Assembly (NCBI GenBank): GCA_965203365.1
Contig: OZ241878.1
Location: 2,502,174 to 2,566,173, forward strand
DNA from: Candidatus Poriferihabitaceae bacterium
Lineage (GTDB): Bacteria > Pseudomonadota > Gammaproteobacteria > Arenicellales > Poriferihabitantaceae
Direction: 5' to 3'
DNA length: 64,000 bases
Under the pieces are notes generated by a model that saw only the letters and a list, made by a program, of their open reading frames with translations, searched no databases and was not told where the DNA came from. Positions within the stretch are counted from its first letter, which is position 1; each line of letters opens with the position of its first letter. The translations under genes and the position numbers were made by a program. This document shows, in pieces, positions 20,884 through 30,001 of the stretch.

Positions 20884-21359
20884 TGTCGGTAGTAACGCAA
20901 CCCTTCTGTCGGGGGGATGACGCCATACACGACTGCCTGGCCATCAAACACGATGGCCGGATAGCGGTCGATCCGGTATTCAATGAGCTTCATCAGGCCG
21001 ACAGCCGTCTGCCGGACGGTATCCATCAGGGCGGGATCCCGTTGCGACAGACGGGCCCGAACCGCCGCCTGGGCGGCGGTGGGGTCGCGGCTCAGGCCTT
21101 GTGACAGTGACTGCTCCAGCCGATGGATACCGTCCAGTCTGTACACCATCCATTGGGTGTCGGCAGGATATTCGCGCGGCCGATGGGTCCAGCCGGATCG
21201 TTCGTCGGAGGCGGCCATGAAGACCTCTACTTGTTGCGGACCCTCCACCGAGGTCGACTGGGCCGCCGGATGGGCCAGGATCATCCCGCCCGTCAGCAGG
21301 ACACCAAGAATCGACGACCGGCGGTCGATGCGATTGAGTTGGACAGTGCGCCAGAGCAT
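20859..21359 (-). CDS. ICE protein, PFL_4709-like
   Basis: 166 aa. IDRYPAIVFDGQAVVYGV C-terminal block. First gene of the truncated mating-pair block. Confidence 0.75.
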   Translation of the reverse strand: MLWRTVQLNRIDRRSSILGVLLTGGMILAHPAAQSTSVEGPQQVEVFMAASDERSGWTHRPREYPADTQWMVYRLDGIHRLEQSLSQGLSRDPTAAQAAVRARLSQRDPALMDTVRQTAVGLMKLIEYRIDRYPAIVFDGQAVVYGVIPPTEGLRYYRQWRDGTAP

Positions 21360-21523
21360 GGATCCGAGCTTGCCCCAATGCGAACACGGGTGCCACAGAA
21401 AATCCGATCAGCCACTGACGGAATTGTCCCGATCCTTCTCCCCCCTTTCAACCTATGACACTTGTATCCAACCTCATTCTCGCTTTCTCTCACCTAGGGC
21501 ATCCCGTCCCAAGACCGCCCAGT

Positions 21524-22650
21524 TCAGTCGTTCAAGCCCCTGCCAGACCTGCTTCGCCCCCGGCAGCGGCGGGCTCTTCGACGGATGACTGCCCCCAGTC
21601 GGTCGAGATCGGTCACCCCGGGGCGGATGTGGGGCCCGGTCCGATTCGTCGGGGTCGGGGAATCCCGGACCGAGGGCGCGGACTCGTCGGTCGGGGGAGG
21701 ACTCGGCGAGACCGGACCGGATGGCGTCGGGACGGGCTGGTGGCCGGGTGCCCGCAGCCCGGGATGCAGCCCGTCGATCTCCTCCAGGTCAAAGACCACC
21801 GTCGCCGGCCCGTCAGGCTGCTCGCGGGCGAGGAACTTGTCGACCGTGCCGGTCATGCCCGTGTCGGGCACAGTGGTGGTGGTTCCGAACTTGGCCTTCA
21901 GCAGGGCCGTCGCCGTGAACGCGCCGCCCTCGCCCTTGCCGTCGAGCGGGTCGTGGATGGCATACTGGCCGACCACGGGTCCCTCGAAGGTCGCCCCGCC
22001 GCCGAGCAGGGCGTCGTCGTCCTCTCTCAACCACCAGCCGAAGTACGCAAAGTGATAATCGGGATGGATCACCCTGGCCCCCTCATCGTGAACGAACATC
22101 CAGTCGGCGTTGCTGGGGGTTTGCAGGAAGTAGCCGCCGGTCCCAACCCCGACATCGCAGGTGCCGGTGCCGGGAGTGCAGTAGTAGTAGCCGGGTGCGC
22201 CCCGGTAGGAGCCCCGGACCTGGATCTCCTCGGCTCCGTCTTTCGCCGGGAAGTTCAGGGTGCCCGACTCCGGGAACTCGGGGGAGTCGATGCTGTGGTC
22301 GATCCCGGTGCCCAGGGATATCCTGCGCTCCGCCGCGGTGTAGTCCCCCGCGTTGGCCGTGAAGCTGTCCTTGGCACCCTGATCAGGGAACCATTTCGCG
22401 ACCGGAATGGAGTTCGGCCCTGTCCGGTTGCTGTACACCTTGACCTTGTCGGTGAACTTCCCTTCGCCGGAGCCCTGGGTCCTCTCGTAGTCCGTGACCG
22501 TCCACACGCCGCCCACCTTCTCCTCGGCGTCTCTGGCCTCCTCCGTGCCGTGCCGGAAGCTCACCGCACCATGCTTGTCCGATGTCGCTCGCGACCCCAC
22601 CACCCGCCGCGGGATCAATCCGGAAGTCTCCCCGAGGCCGGTCCAGGGTG
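21524..22650 (-). pseudogene. SLP fragment beta4a (TbpB-like, 5'- and 3'-truncated, frameshifted)
   Basis: Matches beta1 from LDRPRGDFRIDPAAG to MTGTVDKF. A 1-nt insertion relative to beta1 occurs after RIDPAAG. No signal peptide, and the C-terminal barrel is replaced by unrelated sequence. Confidence 0.8.
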
Positions 22651-22833
22651 AAGAGGCCCTGTGAAGGATTCGACCGCAGCCTAACTTGTTCGCTCAAGGG
22701 TGTCAAAAACCTTGACACAACCTTGTTGCGCTGTTCCCCGGCGCAGGCTCCAAGCCGGGAAACCGCGTGTAGCCGCAAAGGACAGGAAAGTCAACAACCC
22801 CGGAGCTTCCGCTCGACAGCCAGCACCACCTCA

Positions 22834-22869
22834 TACAGCCTCGCCGAGGGTCGCATCGGCGAGGCTGTA
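22834..22869. other. Conserved hairpin in the alpha 3' flank (copy 1 of 4)
   Basis: tacagcctcgccga-gggtcgca-tcggcgaggctgta. No U-tract on either strand. Mirror copy at 26935-26970; other copies at 35511-35554 and 40765-40808. Confidence 0.6.
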
Positions 22870-22946
22870 CGAGAAAAGGGGGGGACGCCCGGCCTGGAAA
22901 GGAGAAGCCCACCGGCCGGGCGCCCGATCAGGGGTCAAGTCGATGG

Positions 22947-24665
22947 CTAGTCGTTGACGTTCTGTTTCGTGATGTTGCTCGCGCCGAACGCGCCGACCAG
23001 CCGATGGGTGGTGCTGTATTCGGAGTAGAAGGTTCCGAGGACCTTGTCCGCCTCGTCGCGGCCGTCGCCGCCATCCGCAACGGTTCCGGGCGTGGTGTCA
23101 AACAACCGGGCTTCCCAGCTGTTGAGAACCTCCGGCCCCTTGACGTCGCCGATCGACATGACCGTCTTGGTGCCCCTTCTGGTGACCCGGGTTCCGGTGC
23201 TCTGATCAAAGCCGCTTTTCATCAACTGCACGCTCCAGCCCGGATCCTCGGACCCGCCGTTCAGCCGAAACTCGTCGATCGTGCCGGACAGGCCCGCATC
23301 GCGCACATTGTCGGGGTCCCCGAACCGGGCCTTCAGCGTGGCCTTCGCCTCGAATGCGCCGCCCTCGCCCTCGCCGTTGCGCGGGTCGTGGATGGCGTAC
23401 TGGCCGACCGCGGGGCCCTCGAAGGTCGCCGAGCCGTTGTAATTTCTGGCGGACGAGGTGTTGTCATCAATCAAGCCCTCGTAGCCGAAAAAGGCGGTGG
23501 CCAGTCTGGGCACGTCGTCGCTGCTGTTCGATCTCACCCACCAGCCGAAGTACAGGTAGCTACTATCGGTGAGGGACACCTGGGCGCCCGGGTCGTGGAC
23601 GAACCTCCAGTCGCCATTACTGTTACCCATGGAGAGGCCGCCTCTATTCACCCGGACTTGGCAGTCGGTCTTGCAGTAATAGTAGCCGGGCGCCCCCTGG
23701 TAGGTGCCCCGCACCTTGACCTCCGAGGCTCCGTTTTTCGGAGCGAAGAGCTTGGTTCCGGCTGCCGGGAACTCGGGGGACGCAATGAGCGGATCGACAG
23801 CGAAGTTCAGGGACAGCGAGCGATTCTTCGCGGTGTAGGTCCCTGTAGTAGCCGGCTTGTCATCGGAGCCGAAGTGTGCCGCGGCATCCTTCTTCGTATT
23901 CTCCCCCCGATCGTTGTACACCCGGGCCCGGTCGGTGAACTCGGGCACCAACTGGCCCTCGGTCCGGATACCGTCGGTCTGGTCCGAGACCATCCAGTCG
24001 CCTACCTTCTTGACGGGTTTGACGGTCGTGAAGACCACCGGGGACTCGTTGGGGACGTAGACATCGTTGACCTCGGTGCTGATCGGCAAGTCCCCGCCGC
24101 CGTCCGTAGGATCGAGCTTGATGCCGGTCGGGTCTCCGGAATTCGACAGGCCCGTCTGAACGTCGGCCGCGTCTGCCAGGTTGTCCAGCGCGTTCTTGAC
24201 GGCTGCGGCGGTGGTGGTGCCAGGTACAAGCGGCCCGTCCAGCGCCGCAAACAGCGCCTTGCCCGTGGCGGCCATGGCCTTCTTCTCGGCGGCCGCCTTC
24301 CTCTGCATGGCGGCCGTGCGGGACGCCGTCTTTCCCTCAAGCGTGCCCTCGAGGTTCCCGAGCCGCTGGCTGAGGGCGGCCCGCTGCGCGGCAGGCACCT
24401 TGTCGACGGCCGCCTTGGCGGCCGCCACCTTCGCGTCGGCGTCCATGGTGTTTTCGGAGTCGTCCGTCACCAGGTCGACAGCCGTCTCCGCCTCATTGAG
24501 GGCCGTGGTCGCCGCGTCAGCAAGCTCCTTCGGGGTCATCTCGTTATCCGGGGGGGTCATCTCGTTATCCGGGGGCGTCACCGGACCGCTGCTGCCGCCC
24601 CCGCAGCCCGCCAAGGCCAACCCAGCGGCCAGCAAGACCGCCATTAAGACATTGTGTTTGTTCAT
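22947..24665 (-). CDS. Surface lipoprotein alpha1 (TbpB/fHbp-like, intact)
   Basis: Signal and lipobox MNKHNVLMAVLLAAGLALAG|C. Ala/Lys-rich helical region. YFGWW motif and C-terminal 8-strand-barrel signature GSATFEGPAVGQYA...GAFEAKATLKARFG...GTIDEF...WSV...GTFY...LVGAFGA. Confidence 0.85.
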   Translation of the reverse strand: MNKHNVLMAVLLAAGLALAGCGGGSSGPVTPPDNEMTPPDNEMTPKELADAATTALNEAETAVDLVTDDSENTMDADAKVAAAKAAVDKVPAAQRAALSQRLGNLEGTLEGKTASRTAAMQRKAAAEKKAMAATGKALFAALDGPLVPGTTTAAAVKNALDNLADAADVQTGLSNSGDPTGIKLDPTDGGGDLPISTEVNDVYVPNESPVVFTTVKPVKKVGDWMVSDQTDGIRTEGQLVPEFTDRARVYNDRGENTKKDAAAHFGSDDKPATTGTYTAKNRSLSLNFAVDPLIASPEFPAAGTKLFAPKNGASEVKVRGTYQGAPGYYYCKTDCQVRVNRGGLSMGNSNGDWRFVHDPGAQVSLTDSSYLYFGWWVRSNSSDDVPRLATAFFGYEGLIDDNTSSARNYNGSATFEGPAVGQYAIHDPRNGEGEGGAFEAKATLKARFGDPDNVRDAGLSGTIDEFRLNGGSEDPGWSVQLMKSGFDQSTGTRVTRRGTKTVMSIGDVKGPEVLNSWEARLFDTTPGTVADGGDGRDEADKVLGTFYSEYSTTHRLVGAFGASNITKQNVND

Positions 24666-24800
24666 CGTTCAGTTCATGTTAGCAGATTGATAATATTCAA
24701 GCGAAACAATTCAATGCGGATTCTAAACAGTGAGGAAACTCTGGCCAAGGGACACATCTACCGACCAGAATCGAACCTAAATCAGCAAATAAGAATCGAC

Positions 24801-24830
24801 ATTATACATCGTTAAATCCCACCACTTCAA
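24801..24830 (-). promoter_or_regulatory. Putative alpha1 promoter
   Basis: On the minus strand: TTGAAG (24825-24830), an 18-nt spacer, then TATAAT (24801-24806). Lies in the 294-bp AT-rich module 24666-24959. Confidence 0.5.
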
Positions 24831-24959
24831 TTCGATACTCGGGTCAAGGCGAAGTTGATGCGTGATTATCTATCGGAATCGCCTCGGATGCAAGCCATAA
24901 CTGGTTTTCCGAATTCAAGGCGGATATGTCTAATAAGTGATTGACTTTAATAATTATTA

Positions 24960-25111
24960 CACTCAGAAGCGCCCCGCTCGGTGCGCTGCCCGAATAAAGG
25001 GAGCGCGGCGGCGACCGGACAATTCGGCCCCCAAGAGGCTGATTCGGTCATCAATTTCACGACACCAAGGCCCGCTCGGGCCGTGTCAGATGGGTTTTGA
25101 CCGAGCGGGAC
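24960..25111 (-). mobile_element. IS30-family 3'-end remnant
   Basis: Homologous to the sequence downstream of the IS30 transposase stops at 42553-42770 and 44059-44300. Carries an internal ~50-bp deletion relative to 36971-37172. Confidence 0.6.
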
Positions 25112-25212
25112 TCAGATTAGGTGGCCTGGGCAGACCCGACTGACCAGTGCCACTCTGGGGCATGAGATCGGCTAGGGCAAGGGCTATGCCAAGGGATTCG
25201 AAGCCGGTCAAC
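25112..25212 (+). repeat. 101-bp end of an unclassified IS-like element (copy a)
   Basis: Near-identical to 59913-60013. Its end interrupts the alpha2 signal-peptide coding region just before LALAGC. Confidence 0.7.
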
Positions 25213-26857
25213 TGGTCTGGCCCTGGCGGGCTGCGGTGGGGGCAGTTCGAATGATCCTCCCCCGCCGGCTCCGGGGCAGACGCTGGAGGCCGCGGCGGCG
25301 GAGGCCCTTGATGCGGCGAAGAAGGCTGTCGACCTGGTGACGGACGACTCCGAAAACACCATGGACGCCGACGCGAAGGTGGCGGCCGCCAAGGCGGCCG
25401 TCGACAAGGTGCCTGCCGCGCAGCGGGCCGCCCTCAGCCAGCGGCTCGGGAACCTCGAGGGCACGCTTGAGGGAAAGACGGCGTCCCGCACGGCCGCCAT
25501 GCAGAGGAAGGCGGCCGCCGAGAAGAAGGCCATGGCCGCCACGGGCAAGGCGCTGTTTGCGGCGCTGGACGGGCCGCTTGTACCTGGCACCACCACCGCC
25601 GCAGCCGTCAAGAACGCGCTGGACAACCTGGCGGCTGCGGCCGAGGTGCAGACGGGCCTGTCGAATTCCGGAGACCCGACCGGCATCAAGCTCGATCCTA
25701 CGGACGGCGGCGGGGACTTGCCGATCAGCACCGAGGTCAACGATGTCTACGTCCCCAACGAGTCCCCGGTGGTCTTCACGACCGTCAAACCCGTCAAGAA
25801 GGTAGGCGACTGGATGGTCTCGGACCAGACCGACGGTATCCGGACCGAGGGCCAGTTGGTGCCCGAGTTCACCGACCGGGCCCGGGTGTACAACGATCGG
25901 GGGGAGAATACGAAGAAGGATGCCGCGGCACACTTCGGCTCCGATGACAAGCCGGCTACTACAGGGACCTACACCGCGAAGAATCGCTCGCTGTCCCTGA
26001 ACTTCGCTGTCGATCCGCTCATTGCGTCCCCCGAGTTCCCGGCAGCCGGAACCAAGCTCTTCGCTCCGAAAAACGGAGCCTCGGAGGTCAAGGTGCGGGG
26101 CACCTACCAGGGGGCGCCCGGCTACTATTACTGCAAGACCGACTGCCAAGTCCGGGTGAATAGAGGCGGCCTCTCCATGGGTAACAGTAATGGCGACTGG
26201 AGGTTCGTCCACGACCCGGGCGCCCAGGTGTCCCTCACCGATAGTAGCTACCTGTACTTCGGCTGGTGGGTGAGATCGAACAGCAGCGACGACGTGCCCA
26301 GACTGGCCACCGCCTTTTTCGGCTACGAGGGCTTGATTGATGACAACACCTCGTCCGCCAGAAATTACAACGGCTCGGCGACCTTCGAGGGCCCCGCGGT
26401 CGGCCAGTACGCCATCCACGACCCGCGCAACGGCGAGGGCGAGGGCGGCGCATTCGAGGCGAAGGCCACGCTGAAGGCCCGGTTCGGGGACCCCAACAAT
26501 GTGCGCGATGCGGGCCTGTCCGGCACGATCGACGAGTTTCGGCTGAACGGCGGGTCCGAGGATCCGGGCTGGAGCGTGCAGTTGGTGAAAAGCCGCTTTG
26601 AGAGTGCCGGAAAAAAGGTCACCAGAAGAGGCACCAAGACGGTCATGTCGATCGGCGACGTCAAGGGGCCGGAGGTTCTCAACAGCTGGGAAGCCCGGTT
26701 GTTTGACACCACGCCCGGAACCGTTGCGGATGGCGGCGACGGCCGCGACGAGGCGGACAAGGTCCTCGGAACCTTCTACTCCGAATACAGCACCACCCAT
26801 CGGCTGGTCGGCGCGTTCGGCGCGAGCAACATCACGAAACAGAACGTCAACGACTAG
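25208..26857 (+). pseudogene. SLP alpha2 (promoterless, signal peptide truncated)
   Basis: The body is ~99% identical to alpha1 from codon 62 onward. Only ...STGLALAGCGGGSS remains of the signal peptide. An in-frame stop at 25163 leaves no start codon upstream. Confidence 0.8.
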
Positions 26858-28359
26858 CCATCGACTTGACCCCTGATCGGGCGCCCGGCCGGTGGGCTTC
26901 TCCTTTCCAGGCCGGGCGTCCCCCCCTTTTCTCGTACAGCCTCGCCGATGCGACCCTCGGCGAGGCTGTATGAGGTGGTGCTGGCTGTCGAGCGGAAGCT
27001 CCGGGGTTGTTGACTTTCCTGTCCTTTGCGGCTACACGCGGTTTCCCGGCTTGGAGCCTGCGCCGGGGAACAGCGCAACAAGGTTGTGTCAAGGTTTTTG
27101 ACACCCTTGAGCGAACAAGTTAGGCTGCGGTCGAATCCTTCACAGGGCCTCTTCACCCTGGACCGGCCTCGGGGAGACTTCCGGATTGATCCCGCGGCGG
27201 GTGGTGGGGTCGCGAGCGACATCGGACAAGCATGGTGCGGTGAGCTTCCGGCACGGCACGGAGGAGGCCAGAGACGCCGAGGAGAAGGTGGGCGGCGTGT
27301 GGACGGTCACGGACTACGAGAGGACCCAGGGCTCCGGCGAAGGGAAGTTCACCGACAAGGTCAAGGTGTACAGCAACCGGACAGGGCCGAACTCCATTCC
27401 GGTCGCGAAATGGTTCCCTGATCAGGGTGCCAAGGACAGCTTCACGGCCAACGCGGGGGACTACACCGCGGCGGAGCGCAGGATATCCCTGGGCACCGGG
27501 ATCGACCACAGCATCGACTCCCCCGAGTTCCCGGAGTCGGGCACCCTGAACTTCCCGGCGAAAGACGGAGCCGAGGAGATCCAGGTCCGGGGCTCCTACC
27601 GGGGCGCACCCGGCTACTACTACTGCACTCCCGGCACCGGCACCTGCGATGTCGGGGTTGGGACCGGCGGCTACTTCCTGCAAACCCCCAGCAACGCCGA
27701 CTGGATGTTCGTTCACGATGAGGGGGCCAGGGTGATCCATCCCGATTATCACTTTGCGTACTTCGGCTGGTGGTTGAGAGAGGACGACGACGCCCTGCTC
27801 GGCGGCGGGGCGACCTTCGAGGGACCCGTGGTCGGCCAGTATGCCATCCACGACCCGCTCGACGGCAAGGGCGAGGGCGGCGCGTTCACGGCGACGGCCC
27901 TGCTGAAGGCCAAGTTCGGAACCACCACCACTGTGCCCGACACGGGCATGACCGGCACGGTCGACAAGTTCCTCGCCCGCGAGCAGCCTGACGGGCCGGC
28001 GACGGTGGTCTTTGACCTGGAGGAGATCGACGGGCTGCATCCCGGGCTGCGGGCACCCGGCCACCAGCCCGTCCCGACGCCATCCGGTCCGGTCTCGCCG
28101 AGTCCTCCCCCGACCGACGAGTCCGCGCCCTCGGTCCGGGATTCCCCGACCCCGACGAATCGGACCGGGCCCCACATCCGCCCCGGGGTGACCGATCTCG
28201 ACCGACTGGGGGCAGTCATCCGTCGAAGAGCCCGCCGCTGCCGGGGGCGAAGCAGGTCTGGCAGGGGCTTGAACGACTGAACTGGGCGGTCTTGGGACGG
28301 GATGCCCTAGGTGAGAGAAAGCGAGAATGAGGTTGGATACAAGTTTAATATGTTGAAAG
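25325..28359. repeat. IR1 right arm
   Basis: See 21445-24482. Confidence 0.9.
27154..28280 (+). pseudogene. SLP fragment beta4b (mirror of beta4a)
   Basis: The 364-aa ORF translation is identical to 21524-22618. Confidence 0.8.
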
Positions 28360-28387
28360 CAGCCGCACCCGGCGGTGGAATCGGCGA

Positions 28388-28500
28388 TCAACTATCAGGA
28401 GCACCGGTGACTGGATCGGGTCAGGACGCATGGCGCTGAGGGCTTTGCCCGCACCGGGGACTGGTCGATGCTGGCGTTCAATCTTCGTGGTGGGTCAAGG
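28388..28500 (+). mobile_element. Transposase C-terminal remnant (DDE IS4/IS5-like tail)
   Basis: ...LDRVRTHGAEGFARTGDWSMLAFNL... resembles the ...R.RGL.K......L.A.A.NL.RL tails of DDE transposases. Paralogous remnants lie at 32119-32209 and 33255-33440. Confidence 0.45.
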
Positions 28501-28536
28501 GGGCTCCTGGTCAGGACATGGTGGCCAACGCGGGGA

Positions 28537-29874
28537 TCAGAGTGGTCGGACGAAGCTGAGTTCGGCGCGGTTGCGTTCGAAGTCGAGGGCCTGGGCGTTG
28601 GTGTGGCGTTCCTCGCGGATGAGCGACAGGCGCGGGCTGAAGCCGCGCAGGGTCAGGGCGCGATTGTGGACCGAGAAGGTGAAGGTCCGCGTCTCGTCCC
28701 GGCGGGACTTTCGGTCGATGGTGTGATGGGCGGCGCCGCTTCCCTGATAGTCGGTACGCTCCAAGGCGGTGCGCAGGCCCAGCGTGAAGCCCTTCGGCAA
28801 CGCCAGCGTGGCGCCAAGGCTCACCTGCGGACCCCGGCTACGCCAGTGTTCCACCTTTGCCCGACTCCAGTTCCACCCCACATTCCCGCCCAGGCGCAGC
28901 GTGGGCCGCGCGATCCAACTGGCCCCGAGCGAGATCTCCCCCTCTGGACCATCCAGATGGCCGCAGCCGCGGCAGTTGCGCCGGGCAGCGCTGGTTTGGG
29001 CGGATATCGACAGCCTTGGCGTCAGGCGACGATCCGCCTCCAGCCGCAGGCCGAAGCGATCGGTTTCGGGCCGCCCGGCGGTCCATTGCCGGTCCACGGT
29101 CGCCAGCAGGCTGGCTTCGGAGCGGGCATCGATCAGCCAGCGTGGGCCCAGGTGCAGGGCCAAGGATTGCCGGTCGAACTCCCGACCCCGGTATTCCCGG
29201 AGGCTGGCATTCGCGCCGATGCGCAGCCGCCGGTGGTCCGTCAGTGGGTGCTGGTATTCGCCCCCGCCCCAGAGGGACAGGCCGAGGCCGGATTCAGGCT
29301 TCGCCGGATCGTCCAGGGTGAAGGGCAGCCGCCCGAAGTCCGTGTCAAGGAAGATCGTGCGCTCTCCCGAGGCCGCATTGAGGTTGCTGTCCGGGGCGAT
29401 GGCCGCGCCGAACCAGGCCTCCCACCGCCGCCGCTGCCGCATGACCTGGAGAAAGCGTCGTAAATTGGCCACCACCGCCGGCGGCAGGTCTCCGGCCAGC
29501 ACTTGCTCGAAATGCCGTTTCGCCCGCCTGTCCTCCTCCTTCAGGAAGAAGGCGTACGCCAGTTCGAGGCGCACCCGCACCAGTTCCGGCTGATTCACCA
29601 GGATGGCCCGGAAGGCCGCGATGGCCTCGTCGAGTTTCCCGTCCCGGGTTGCCCGATCCGATGCGGCCCGGGCGGCCTGGAGTGCCGCCATCCCGGCCTC
29701 GAAACGCTGGCCAGTCAGGGCCTCGTCCGAGAGGGCCGTTGCTTCCGTCTTTCCCGTCGGGGTAGCGGGGTCGGCACCGAAGGCGGACGAGGGAGTCCCG
29801 CCGACGGTCACCAGCAGTCCGGCCAGCGGGATCAGCAGGGCCCGGAAAGCGGGGCCGACAGGAAATCGCATCAT
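28537..29874 (-). CDS. Slam (surface lipoprotein assembly modulator, DUF560) outer-membrane protein
   Basis: Signal peptide, then a TPR-like region, then the hallmark LPPAVVANLRRFLQVMRQRRRWEAWFGAAIAPDSNLNAAS, then an alternating beta-strand C-terminal domain ending FERNRAELSFVRPL. ATG chosen at 29872-29874; the ORF track begins at a TTG. Confidence 0.8.
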   Translation of the reverse strand: MMRFPVGPAFRALLIPLAGLLVTVGGTPSSAFGADPATPTGKTEATALSDEALTGQRFEAGMAALQAARAASDRATRDGKLDEAIAAFRAILVNQPELVRVRLELAYAFFLKEEDRRAKRHFEQVLAGDLPPAVVANLRRFLQVMRQRRRWEAWFGAAIAPDSNLNAASGERTIFLDTDFGRLPFTLDDPAKPESGLGLSLWGGGEYQHPLTDHRRLRIGANASLREYRGREFDRQSLALHLGPRWLIDARSEASLLATVDRQWTAGRPETDRFGLRLEADRRLTPRLSISAQTSAARRNCRGCGHLDGPEGEISLGASWIARPTLRLGGNVGWNWSRAKVEHWRSRGPQVSLGATLALPKGFTLGLRTALERTDYQGSGAAHHTIDRKSRRDETRTFTFSVHNRALTLRGFSPRLSLIREERHTNAQALDFERNRAELSFVRPL

Positions 29875-30001
29875 GGCGTCAGGGGGCAATCGGAAAAAAA
29901 GGGGGGAACCGGGAGAAGATCCAGAATCGGGAAGGGGGGTGCCGGAAGTGCTCCCAGGGTCAGGCCGGGAACCGGGGCGGATTCCCGCCTGAACGGGTCG
30001 G

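Larger units (their letters stand above)
21445..24482. repeat. IR1 left arm (~3.04 kb inverted repeat)
   Basis: Mirror of 25325-28359. Paired ORF coordinates sum to 49804 (outer part) or 49807 (inner part). Six-frame translations are identical in several frames. Confidence 0.9.

Noticed and set aside
22834-22869. The alpha 3'-flank hairpin as a Rho-independent terminator
   Set aside because: The stem is strong, but no U-run follows it on either strand. On the gene strand the T-run precedes the stem.
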